Sequence record: NC_047880.1
DNA: 64,000 nucleotides
Reading direction: 5' to 3' (one strand)
The position numbers and the translations under genes were made by a program. This document shows, one piece after another, positions 44,333 to 53,232 of the stretch; the first letter of the stretch is position 1; every line of letters begins with the position of its first letter. The notes below the pieces were generated by a model that saw only the letters and a list, made by a program, of their open reading frames with translations, had not been told where the DNA came from and searched no databases.

Positions 44333-45568
44333 ATGTCAACTTCAAACAAAATGTTATTGAACGCCCGTGTACGTCGTCTTGATGGTACTGTTACTCACAT
44401 CAACAAGATCAACACTAACGGTTATAGCACTGATGCCAAGGGGCCTCAGATACCTGTTAAGCGTCTCGTTCTTGCAGGCAAATCTTTGAAAGAGATTGAA
44501 GCGCCGTTCGCAAAAGACGAGTGCATCATCTCACAAGGCGTTACAGTCAAACTGAACAAACGCCAGCAACGTGAACTCGCAGATAAAACGCTTGATGAAA
44601 AAGCGTTGCGTCCTGACTTCGGTAGCTTGGTGTTTATCGACCCTGACACAGGCAAAGCGACTGACGGCAAGAAAGTGAAAGTGAAAGCTGGTGCGAAAGA
44701 AAGTCTGAAAGAAACGCGCAAGCATAACAAAGAGCCGAAAGTTAAGAAAGCAGAGAAAGTTTCTGCCAAGAACGATCTGAAAGATTCACTCGACCTGATT
44801 GACGAACGTAAGGCGCCTAAGTCTGCGCTCGTTGAAATGCTCACTGCTACACTCGAAGGCGATACGACGAAAGAACAGCGTAAGCAATTCGCTGATGCGT
44901 TTGGTATCGACTGGAAAGCTGCTAAGAAGCTCGGCGGCAAGGGTATCGTTAAGCAACTCGGACGTAAAGCTGCGCAAGCTGCTGCTGACAAGCTGAATGC
45001 TACTGTGACCTCTGATGCGTTCATTAAGCAGATGCCTCCTGAGTTGAAGCGTCTGATGCGTGAAGGTTCGCTGACCCTGAACAAAACACAGATTGAGCGT
45101 GTACTGTCTGCGCTTGGTCTTGATACGAAGTTCTATGCTATCGCAATGCAGAACTTCCTGGGTAATCTGACACTGGCTATCAAGCCTGAAGAAGTGAAGA
45201 CTACGCAGAAGAAAAAGAAAGCTGCACGTCCGCAGTATGCGACTGATAAAGACGCGAAGCGCCGTGTAAAGAAGATGACAATAAAGCTGTTGGCGCCTGA
45301 TGCGAAAGGTATGAAGACTGCTAAGGCTCACCTGAAACAGGCGAAAGCAATCTTAGCCTCTAAGCTGGGTATCGCTACAAAAGATATTAAACGCGGTCTG
45401 ATTGTGTATCACAAGAACGGCGTTGATTACATGTTCGTGGCCTGTGATGTACGCGGTCCGATCTTCATCGACAAAGATGGTGACCCGGCAGTGTATACTT
45501 ACGCGAACCTGCAAGACACGTTCGACTTCACACTGACGCCAACCTCTGAGCTGGACGCCGCTGTATGA
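44333..45568 (+). CDS. Lys-rich protein, probable paralog of the 42709 protein
   Basis: SD hairpin TGATT-GAGG-AATCA; N- and C-terminal segments resemble those of the 42709 protein. Confidence 0.88.
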   Translation: MSTSNKMLLNARVRRLDGTVTHINKINTNGYSTDAKGPQIPVKRLVLAGKSLKEIEAPFAKDECIISQGVTVKLNKRQQRELADKTLDEKALRPDFGSLVFIDPDTGKATDGKKVKVKAGAKESLKETRKHNKEPKVKKAEKVSAKNDLKDSLDLIDERKAPKSALVEMLTATLEGDTTKEQRKQFADAFGIDWKAAKKLGGKGIVKQLGRKAAQAAADKLNATVTSDAFIKQMPPELKRLMREGSLTLNKTQIERVLSALGLDTKFYAIAMQNFLGNLTLAIKPEEVKTTQKKKKAARPQYATDKDAKRRVKKMTIKLLAPDAKGMKTAKAHLKQAKAILASKLGIATKDIKRGLIVYHKNGVDYMFVACDVRGPIFIDKDGDPAVYTYANLQDTFDFTLTPTSELDAAV

Positions 45569-45954
45569 AAACATCTGAAATAGTTATGACAGGTGTATTT
45601 GCTCAACTGTATGCGCGGCTAGTAATGGCCGCCATCAATAAAGTTCACATCTACTACATGGACTTAGCGCCTGTAGTGTTCGGTGTGCAATTCAGTAAGA
45701 TGGATAACTCGCAAGTAGAAGCTGTCTGGCAGATGCTGCGTATGTCCATGCAAATGGATATGCAACACAATAGACCGCCGCTCGCTGCGCTGTTTGTCAG
45801 TCGCGCTTCTGAGTTAAAGAAACCTGGCCGCTCATTCTTCAATGAGTATGAGAAGATTACAGGAATTAAGCTCTCCTACGAAGACTGGCAGAAGCTCGTT
45901 GAAGAAGTATGGGCGCATTATTCAATGCAAGATTTCGTTGGAGAGCAATCATGA
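45565..45954 (+). CDS. small putative DNA-binding protein (PPLxALxV...PGxxF family)
   Basis: RPPLAALFVSRASELKKPGRSFF motif; ATGA overlap. Confidence 0.55.
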   Translation: MKTSEIVMTGVFAQLYARLVMAAINKVHIYYMDLAPVVFGVQFSKMDNSQVEAVWQMLRMSMQMDMQHNRPPLAALFVSRASELKKPGRSFFNEYEKITGIKLSYEDWQKLVEEVWAHYSMQDFVGEQS

Positions 45955-46430
45955 AAAAGTTAAAAATCAAATCGTCAATCAGTCGCGGTGGTTACAAGCC
46001 GAAGTCTGATGACGAAGCCCGCAAGCTGGTAGTTGAGTTTATTCTCGGTACTATCGGTACTGCACCAACTGTTCTGAGCCAGACGTTAGTTCTGAACGTT
46101 GCGAACTACAACTGGCTGACGTCAATACCTGATACTGCTAAGCCTACGCAATCGAATCAATCAGTGTTGCATAAAACTGTAAAAGAACTTAATGAGTTCT
46201 GTCGATTGAACAAATTTCCACTGGGCTTACTAATTATGCCCCACACATCATCGAGTGACTATAGCGGTGATGAAGTGATAGCAATCCCGTGGAAACATGT
46301 TGCGGCGAATTCACAAAGTCAGTCCGCTGTTAATTCGATTTTCGAAACAGTGATCGCTGATGGATATCCGCAGTTCGTAGCCGATGCAAAAACTTTGCAC
46401 GTAGACGTAGAGGGTAGCGATGTTTTATGA
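45951..46430 (+). CDS. hypothetical protein
   Basis: GGAG SD, ATG at 45951. Confidence 0.75.
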   Translation: MKKLKIKSSISRGGYKPKSDDEARKLVVEFILGTIGTAPTVLSQTLVLNVANYNWLTSIPDTAKPTQSNQSVLHKTVKELNEFCRLNKFPLGLLIMPHTSSSDYSGDEVIAIPWKHVAANSQSQSAVNSIFETVIADGYPQFVADAKTLHVDVEGSDVL

Positions 46431-47700
46431 TCACGTATTCACGCATGACGAGCGGCAGGCGTTGCTGCTCCTTGCTGAATCATTCTTTCTGGTAAAAACT
46501 GAATGTCCCGACTATCTCAAAAAGTCTAAGCACTCGATTGAGATTCGACACACGATTAATCATCGTGGGAAAGAACGCCGGTCGGGTCACATTGTAACGT
46601 CATTCGTTCCGCGTATTCACATGAGCGTTATTCAGCGTCTTGTTCGTGTGATTCGTGACGACTACGATATCCGCGCAGCACATCACCTGAGCAAGTTGTT
46701 TGAACTCGGACTCGGCGTGCCGAAGCAACGTGACATTGCACTTTACCTGAGTGACTACTCAAAAGAAGCTGATCCGAAAGGTGTGGGTATGAAGTATATC
46801 CGCAAGCTGATTAATGAGTATCACCGCAAGTATCGTCGCAGCATGGCAGGTAGTCGCTGGATTATGCCAGCCGCGTATACTGCGAACATGATGCACATGC
46901 AGTCTTTCATTCACTTGAAAGAGAACGGTTATGCGAAGCAACTCAAAGTGCCTGATGGAATACCTGTGGTTCTCGTGTACAACAACACGAACCATGAGCG
47001 TTCTGAGTTTACTTTGTGTGACGCATTCATGATAAGCCCGCTGGGCTTCCCTGTACCGTTCGCGCAGATTGCATTACGTCCTGAATTCAAAGCTGTGCCG
47101 AAAACGTTTTGCTCGAAAGCACTTCGCGGTCGTGGTATGTACAGCATGGTGATGGGTGTTGTTCATTGGTCTGATACTGATTCTGTGAAGCACTTCCGCG
47201 AACTGATGGAAATTGATGCTGATAGCTATCTGTCATTGCTTGATAGTGAACAGTACATGGACCGACGTTCGCCTGAGTATCAAGCGCTGTGCGACAAGCG
47301 CGCCGAGTATAACGAACAACGTGTAGAGATGAATGAAGTCCTCGCTAAGTTCGGAACTACGAAGCGTATTCTTAAACCCGAGCAGCAGGCTAAGTTAGAC
47401 CGTGCTCTCAAGTTCTTCGCAGACCGTAAAGACTTCCTCAAGGAGTTTGATCAGTTTGAGAAGAAAGAACAGCACAAGGCAGCGAAGCAATTCGCAGTAG
47501 CCAGTGCGCAGTTCGCAGCAATTGACTGTGGTACTATCATGGACCGCACAACGTATATGGCGGTCAGTACGACACTCGATAAAGTTCACCACATTCTTGG
47601 GAAGTGGGGATTTACTACTGTCGATACTGTTAATGCTAGTTTGAAACACTCACTCATGACTTACGGCGAATCAAAAGCAACTCGTCGCTGGTCACTATAA
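46420..47700 (+). CDS. hypothetical protein with one Sel1-like repeat and a coiled coil
   Basis: AAHHLSKLFELGLGVPKQRDIALY resembles the Sel1 consensus. Confidence 0.7.
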   Translation: MFYDHVFTHDERQALLLLAESFFLVKTECPDYLKKSKHSIEIRHTINHRGKERRSGHIVTSFVPRIHMSVIQRLVRVIRDDYDIRAAHHLSKLFELGLGVPKQRDIALYLSDYSKEADPKGVGMKYIRKLINEYHRKYRRSMAGSRWIMPAAYTANMMHMQSFIHLKENGYAKQLKVPDGIPVVLVYNNTNHERSEFTLCDAFMISPLGFPVPFAQIALRPEFKAVPKTFCSKALRGRGMYSMVMGVVHWSDTDSVKHFRELMEIDADSYLSLLDSEQYMDRRSPEYQALCDKRAEYNEQRVEMNEVLAKFGTTKRILKPEQQAKLDRALKFFADRKDFLKEFDQFEKKEQHKAAKQFAVASAQFAAIDCGTIMDRTTYMAVSTTLDKVHHILGKWGFTTVDTVNASLKHSLMTYGESKATRRWSL

Positions 47701-47722
47701 CCTTTATCTGAGGAGATATGTA

Positions 47723-50700
47723 ATGTCTGATAACAACGAAAACTTGGGCGCATCAAGCCGCTTCGGCACAGAGTTACAACAACAAGTGACGAACGAACAA
47801 CGTCGCGCTAACTCTGCTGAAAGTGGTACCGTACATCGCAGCACTATCGTGGTGCTGACTACCCTGAACTCGAACGAAAAATATTCGTACATGTCTGCCG
47901 ACGAGCAACTGCACGAAAAGCCTATCATCGGTAAAATCATCGACCGTCTGCCTGCGCTGATCGAACGTGCATCAGGTCCGTCTGCTGATAAGAACAGCGC
48001 GTACTATCTGCTGCATCCGAACAACGGTGTACCGACCAGCATTGATGAACGTGTTAAGTTCGGCGACTCATTTGCTGCTATCGTTTCATATACTGTAAAT
48101 AAAGCAGTATCAGAGATGCACGGTACGCTGTCGCTTGCGCTGTTTGCTGCTGTGGATTCTTCTGACTTGTCAGACTTAGCTGCTGAGTTCGGTATCCACG
48201 CAATCGCAATCGTGCCTGCTGATAATAGCGGTGTGTTCATCAAAGCACTGACTGAACAACTCGAAGCGCTGCAATCTGTAAACGTACTGAGCATTGACGA
48301 CACTGATGGTACTCTGGACCGCGAAGTGATCGACTACGCTGCTCTGCCCGGCAATCCAGTAACTGTGGTATCTGGTGCTGTGCGTACTTTCATTACGCAA
48401 TCTATCGGTGGCGAAGTCATCGCTGCAATCCCAAATAACGGAGAGTTCAACGTGAAACAAAACACAATCAATCCTGCGCCAGTCGATCTTGAAGAAGACT
48501 TCGATAATGAAGACGAAGTTGAAGATCAGCAGGAAGACGGTGAAGAAAGTCCTGCGTCTGGTGCCGAGCTGTTCGGCTTCAAGTCAGAAACCCTGACCAC
48601 TGAACAGATGACCGAAGCTCTGGAAGCTGTCGGTTATGATTGTACCGAATTCGCAGAAGATGAACTGCGTGTATCGTTCGAAACCGAACAGGCGTTGTAT
48701 CTGTCTAAAGAAGACGCTGCGGAAGAAGAGTCTGATGAAGAAGAATCAGACGACGAAGAAGAAGCGGAAGAAGAATTCGATCCGTGCGCTTCTCTCGCTC
48801 AACTGCTGGCTGAAGAATCTTTCGACCGTCGCGCTCTGAAAGTCCTGGTACTGTCACAAGAACTGAAAGTGTTCAAGTCTGACACCGAAGAAACTCTGGT
48901 AGCGAAGCTGCTGGAAAACGTCGAAGATGCAACGCAGCAAGAGCTGTTTGAGCTGGTATCAACGTTCGTTGAACTGCTGGGTGAACGTGAAATCGAATGC
49001 CCTGCGCTGACTGCCGCGATCTCGTCTGACGACGAAGACACATCAGGTGATGATTCTGACGACGAAGAAGAGTCAGAAGAAGAGGAAGACGAAGATGAAG
49101 ATGAAGAATCAGAAGATGATTCCGAAGAAGCGCCTGTCTCTGACCTGACCTCTGTAACTGATCCGCTCGACTACTTCCAGTTTGCTGGTGGTGAACTCGA
49201 ACATCATCATCGTCTGGCCGCTGTTGAAGCGATGGGCGAAAACGTTGAAGGCCTGAACATCATTCAGGTAATGAAAGCGTTCAACCGCATTCAGCAACAA
49301 ACCAACGCAATCGAAATCACCGGCCTGTCCGTCAACGCCGATGTAGACGATGCAGAAGACGCGGGTCTGGAAGATCAGATTCGTGCGATTCTCGAAGCGA
49401 ACGAAAGCGGTGATGACGACGACACTGCAATCGAAGATCTGTGGACGCTGCTTGATTGTGCATCTGATGATCAAGACGCTACCATGATTGACGATATCGT
49501 TGCGTCTGGTACCGAAGAGCGTCACGCTACCGCTCTGCAATCTGCTGCTGAAACCTACGGCGTGGACATTTCTGAAATGTCTTACGAAGAAGGTCTGCTA
49601 GCATTCCTGGCCGAGTTCTTCTCTGAGGGTGATGCAGAAGAAGAATCCGAAGAAGAGTCGGACGATGAAGAAGCGGAAGAAGTTGATGACCGTGAAGGTT
49701 ACGAAGCTGACACTGCTGAAAACGCATCGAGCCTGCTGTTCCTGAAAGATATCGACAAGTCAAACCCAATCGGTCCGATGCTGTCTGTTGATATGGCGCA
49801 AGCGCTGATCATCAACTTCACGCTGACTGATGGCCGCACTTACACTGATATCGAAGCTGAACTGAACGATGTTAACGATGTTAACTATCGCATTCCGTTC
49901 AACGTAGGCGCTGCTGATAAAGCTGCCGGTTCTATGCACGTACCTGCCGGTATCATCGTTGATGTTATTCAACGCGCAGGGACCAGCCGCTTCTTAGCTG
50001 ATCCGAAAACGTTCGACGTTGGTTCATGGGCTGAAAGTCTGGAACAAACTCTCGACGCTGAGATTCAGAACTCTATCTACGAAGGCCGCATTCCTGATGG
50101 CGCTGACCCGCAGGAAGCTGGTGTTGTAGTCGGTGACTTCATCGACGAAGACGAGCTGGAAGAAGCTGCCGAGCTGGGTATTGACCCAAGTCAGTTTGAC
50201 GAAATGGGTACTGGTGATCATCTGCCGATTGCAAGCCTGTACAACGCACACACTCGCGTCCGTCCGGTTAACGATGGTGATAACTACATCGTCGCTCACA
50301 CCACTGTGTTGAACGTTGCACTGCCGGGCTTCTGGGGAGCTGAGTCTGCTGAGATTGTTGGCCGCATGATTCAAGCTGCTGTCAATCGCGTTATCAGTAG
50401 CATCGCAGATCGCACCGACGTTAAAGTCTACGCTGCGTTCACTCTGGAAGCTGCTGCTCTGCTGAACAATAGCAACCTGTTCGCTGCTATGTCTGTGTTG
50501 CGTGACATGGAGCGTGTACAAGCGTACTCTGCGGCTGACGCCGCTGCGTTCACCGAAACTGATGACGTGATCGAAACTGCATCTGCTCTGGATGATCGTG
50601 ACCTGCCGTTCACTGTCCTGACTTCTGGCATTGCACAAGCAACGTTCGAAAACGGCGGTGACCTGACTGTTCTGGTGCCATGCTTCGAAGAAGAAGCTGA

Positions 50701-50740
50701 GTACGAAGACGAAGCCGAAGACGACGGCGACGACGAATAA
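47723..50740 (+). CDS. very large, highly acidic protein (1005 aa)
   Basis: SD hairpin TATCT-GAGG-AGATA; repeated poly-D/E linkers between short helical modules. Confidence 0.92.
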   Translation: MSDNNENLGASSRFGTELQQQVTNEQRRANSAESGTVHRSTIVVLTTLNSNEKYSYMSADEQLHEKPIIGKIIDRLPALIERASGPSADKNSAYYLLHPNNGVPTSIDERVKFGDSFAAIVSYTVNKAVSEMHGTLSLALFAAVDSSDLSDLAAEFGIHAIAIVPADNSGVFIKALTEQLEALQSVNVLSIDDTDGTLDREVIDYAALPGNPVTVVSGAVRTFITQSIGGEVIAAIPNNGEFNVKQNTINPAPVDLEEDFDNEDEVEDQQEDGEESPASGAELFGFKSETLTTEQMTEALEAVGYDCTEFAEDELRVSFETEQALYLSKEDAAEEESDEEESDDEEEAEEEFDPCASLAQLLAEESFDRRALKVLVLSQELKVFKSDTEETLVAKLLENVEDATQQELFELVSTFVELLGEREIECPALTAAISSDDEDTSGDDSDDEEESEEEEDEDEDEESEDDSEEAPVSDLTSVTDPLDYFQFAGGELEHHHRLAAVEAMGENVEGLNIIQVMKAFNRIQQQTNAIEITGLSVNADVDDAEDAGLEDQIRAILEANESGDDDDTAIEDLWTLLDCASDDQDATMIDDIVASGTEERHATALQSAAETYGVDISEMSYEEGLLAFLAEFFSEGDAEEESEEESDDEEAEEVDDREGYEADTAENASSLLFLKDIDKSNPIGPMLSVDMAQALIINFTLTDGRTYTDIEAELNDVNDVNYRIPFNVGAADKAAGSMHVPAGIIVDVIQRAGTSRFLADPKTFDVGSWAESLEQTLDAEIQNSIYEGRIPDGADPQEAGVVVGDFIDEDELEEAAELGIDPSQFDEMGTGDHLPIASLYNAHTRVRPVNDGDNYIVAHTTVLNVALPGFWGAESAEIVGRMIQAAVNRVISSIADRTDVKVYAAFTLEAAALLNNSNLFAAMSVLRDMERVQAYSAADAAAFTETDDVIETASALDDRDLPFTVLTSGIAQATFENGGDLTVLVPCFEEEAEYEDEAEDDGDDE

Positions 50741-50752
50741 GCACAAGCCTGC

Positions 50753-50780
50753 AAGCGGCTCTTCGGGGCCGCTTCTCTTT
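50753..50780 (+). terminator. intrinsic terminator
   Basis: AAGCGGCTC-TTCG-GGGCCGCTT followed by CTCTTT. Confidence 0.85.
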
Positions 50781-50795
50781 GAAGGAAATGTGTAA

Positions 50796-51644
50796 ATGTC
50801 AGAAGCAAAGCAAGACAGTATTGACCACGGTGCAAAGCTCGCTGAATTGATTGGCAAGCAAAGCGCAGACTACGACAAGCTGCATTACAGCTATGTTGAA
50901 GTACGTGGCAAGAACATGGACTTGGAAGAAGAACTCGCCGAGTCCACCCGCCGTGAAACGAAGCTGCGCCTCGAAGCACGTAACACGCAGCGTCTTAACC
51001 GCGACCATGCGATTCGCCTCGAACGTATCATCGAGCAAGAACGTGGTGATAAGGTTGATGCGCAAAACGAAAATGCTCGTCTGCTTGTTCAGATCGATAA
51101 GCTGAATGAAACTGTAAAACAGAAGCATGTAGAGCAAGCGTCTGTTGTTCTGCAAATGATAATGTCAGAATCTGTCAGGCAGTTCGGTAATGTTGTTCAA
51201 GCTGTCTCGCACATGTTCGTCAATCGTCGTAAGTCAAAAGCCGACGCAGCCATGCAATCAACATTGCTGATGGACTATGTGACTAAACAGCCTTCACTGT
51301 ATCGCACTGTTGCGCAGTATTACAACTCAATCAATCTGCCTGTACCAACCGCAGCCGCGTTGAAGTTGCAAATGATTGAGCACGTTAAACAGAACGCGCA
51401 TCTGTATCTCAAAGACCCTGATATTCAAGCCTATCGTGAAGCATTGATTATCATGGTTACGCAACCGACTTCGCAAGTTAATCGCAGCCGCGTTATGACC
51501 AGTGTGCGTGATGGTTTCGACTACATCAATGTTTTCGATGCTGGGTTCGACGTAGCTATTCTGTCGGACAATACTTCGTGGGCAGCAACACTGTCTGACT
51601 CGCTGTTAGATATTTCGGGTCATCTTATCAGCGCGAATTTTTAA
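50796..51644 (+). CDS. coiled-coil protein
   Basis: Heptad-rich N-terminal half; AAGGA SD. Confidence 0.8.
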   Translation: MSEAKQDSIDHGAKLAELIGKQSADYDKLHYSYVEVRGKNMDLEEELAESTRRETKLRLEARNTQRLNRDHAIRLERIIEQERGDKVDAQNENARLLVQIDKLNETVKQKHVEQASVVLQMIMSESVRQFGNVVQAVSHMFVNRRKSKADAAMQSTLLMDYVTKQPSLYRTVAQYYNSINLPVPTAAALKLQMIEHVKQNAHLYLKDPDIQAYREALIIMVTQPTSQVNRSRVMTSVRDGFDYINVFDAGFDVAILSDNTSWAATLSDSLLDISGHLISANF

Positions 51645-51739
51645 TCTGTAAAAAATATTCGTAAAGTAATCTGTAAACACTAATTGAAGTTCACACTGAG
51701 CAACTCGCTCAACCGCATAAATCTGGAGCATTAAAGAAA

Positions 51740-52300
51740 ATGGCAAAAGCTACTAAAGGTACTAATCTGGTTCCGACCATTGTTTCCCGTATCGCAAAGA
51801 AAGCTGGTTCTATCGGAACTACCAAAGTTAAGCCAACTGATCTGCCGCACGACATTCTGATTGAAAGCGTTCACGCTTCTGAAATCGTCGGTTTCATCAC
51901 AGACCGTTCTGCTACCAGCGTAACGATTCGTCACAAACGTGGCCACGGTTCTTCTGCTCAAATCGTTTCTACTTTCGGTCCTGGTCAACTGCTGACTGTT
52001 CTGGGTGAAGCCGGTTCTCACGGTCAAGTCCGTGCAATCGTGACTGCGCCAGTGTGTGAGCTGAAAGGTTACACTGTTAAATTCGACGGCGCAATCATCA
52101 TCGCCACCTCAATCGAAACTGGCGAAGTGATTAACGTTAACACCAACCTGCCGGGCTACACTGTTCGCGCTACTGTTAACGAAAACGCTGCTGCTAAAAA
52201 GTACGGCACTGCTGCGCCAGTTAAAAACAAAAAAGTTGAAAAGTCTGACAAAGCCGGTAAATCTGCGAAAGCGATTAAAGGCGGCAAAGTAAAAAAGTAA
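51740..52300 (+). CDS. beta-rich protein with Lys-rich tail
   Basis: GGAG SD, downstream of tandem CTGTAAA motifs; ends KNKKVEKSDKAGKSAKAIKGGKVKK. Confidence 0.85.
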   Translation: MAKATKGTNLVPTIVSRIAKKAGSIGTTKVKPTDLPHDILIESVHASEIVGFITDRSATSVTIRHKRGHGSSAQIVSTFGPGQLLTVLGEAGSHGQVRAIVTAPVCELKGYTVKFDGAIIIATSIETGEVINVNTNLPGYTVRATVNENAAAKKYGTAAPVKNKKVEKSDKAGKSAKAIKGGKVKK

Positions 52301-52452
52301 CGGCGTCTGACGAAGACTTTTAATAGTCTCTGACGAATCTGTAAAGAATGATTATGCAGCAACATAAAAAATGTGTTGCTGCCGAATACAAACGAATCTG
52401 TAAATCTTAATTGAAGCAATAACGCTTCTCGAACTCAAAGGAAATTCGTATC

Positions 52453-53232
52453 ATGGCTAAAGCTAAATCCGCAAACGCAGCAACTCTGGTTCTGGCATCT
52501 ATCTTCGGTGTTGTTGTTGAGAACGCTTCGAACGAAGAGATTCAAAAGCTGCTGGCAGACGCGGGTCTGACTGTATCCGGTGGTAAAGTTGTTAAAGGCA
52601 AAGCTGCTAAAGCTGAAAAGCCTGCTGCTAAAGGTAAAGGCAAGAAAGCTAAAGCGCCGACCGTTGCTGAAATCGTTGCAGCGGTGAAGGAAGAAGAAGA
52701 ACTGGACATCTCTGCTGTGAGCGAAGATGATCTGCGCGCCGCAGTTGTGAAAGCTAAACTGGCCGCTGCCAAGAAAGCAAAAGCGCTGGACGAAGACGAT
52801 CTGCGCGAACTGCTGAACGAAGCAATGGGCGTCGAGTCAGAGGATGACGAAGACGACGAAGAAGAGGACGACGAAGAAGAAGAGGACGAAGACGACTCTG
52901 ACGACGAAGACGAAGACGACTCTGATGAAGAGGACGACGAAGACGACGAAGAAGAGGATGAAGACGACGAGGAAGAAGAAGAGGACGAAGACGACGAAGA
53001 CGAAGACGAGGACGAAGATGAACTCGACCTTGATTCGCTCGACGAAGACGAACTCCTGGCCCTCGTGATCGAACACAAGCTGGCGCCTAAGGCGAAAGCT
53101 AAGAAAATGGACGAAGACGAACTGCGCGAATTGTGCGAAGGTCACTTCGGCGGTGATGACGAAGAAGAAGAGGACGAAGACGACGAAGACGAAGACTTCG
53201 ACGATGAAGACGAAGACGAAGACGACGAATAA
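52453..53232 (+). CDS. acidic protein with poly-D/E tracts and two copies of a ~40-aa helical module
   Basis: About 60 consecutive residues almost all D/E between the modules; AAGGA SD. Confidence 0.9.
   Translation: MAKAKSANAATLVLASIFGVVVENASNEEIQKLLADAGLTVSGGKVVKGKAAKAEKPAAKGKGKKAKAPTVAEIVAAVKEEEELDISAVSEDDLRAAVVKAKLAAAKKAKALDEDDLRELLNEAMGVESEDDEDDEEEDDEEEEDEDDSDDEDEDDSDEEDDEDDEEEDEDDEEEEEDEDDEDEDEDEDELDLDSLDEDELLALVIEHKLAPKAKAKKMDEDELRELCEGHFGGDDEEEEDEDDEDEDFDDEDEDEDDE

Noticed and set aside
15152-47718. GAGG-loop hairpins read as canonical CsrA/RsmA sites or N4-type hairpin promoters
   Set aside because: The register differs from the CsrA ANGGAN hexaloop, and the fixed 5-10 nt distance to ATG points to translation, not transcription start. 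They are kept as an unassigned element.
50024-50979. Long minus-strand ORFs of 277 and 183 aa (also 58217-59152, 311 aa)
   Set aside because: They lie fully antisense to well-supported genes, have no recognisable motifs, and the window is otherwise single-stranded in coding.
46176-51120. CTGTAAA copies inside CDSs (~46177, ~48094, ~48275, ~51112)
   Set aside because: The number matches chance expectation for a 7-mer, so they were not counted as promoter candidates.
52840-53230. GACGAAGA(C/G)-type repeats that might look like a CRISPR array or satellite
   Set aside because: They are in-frame codons of a poly-D/E tract. There are no constant repeats with unique spacers and no cas genes.
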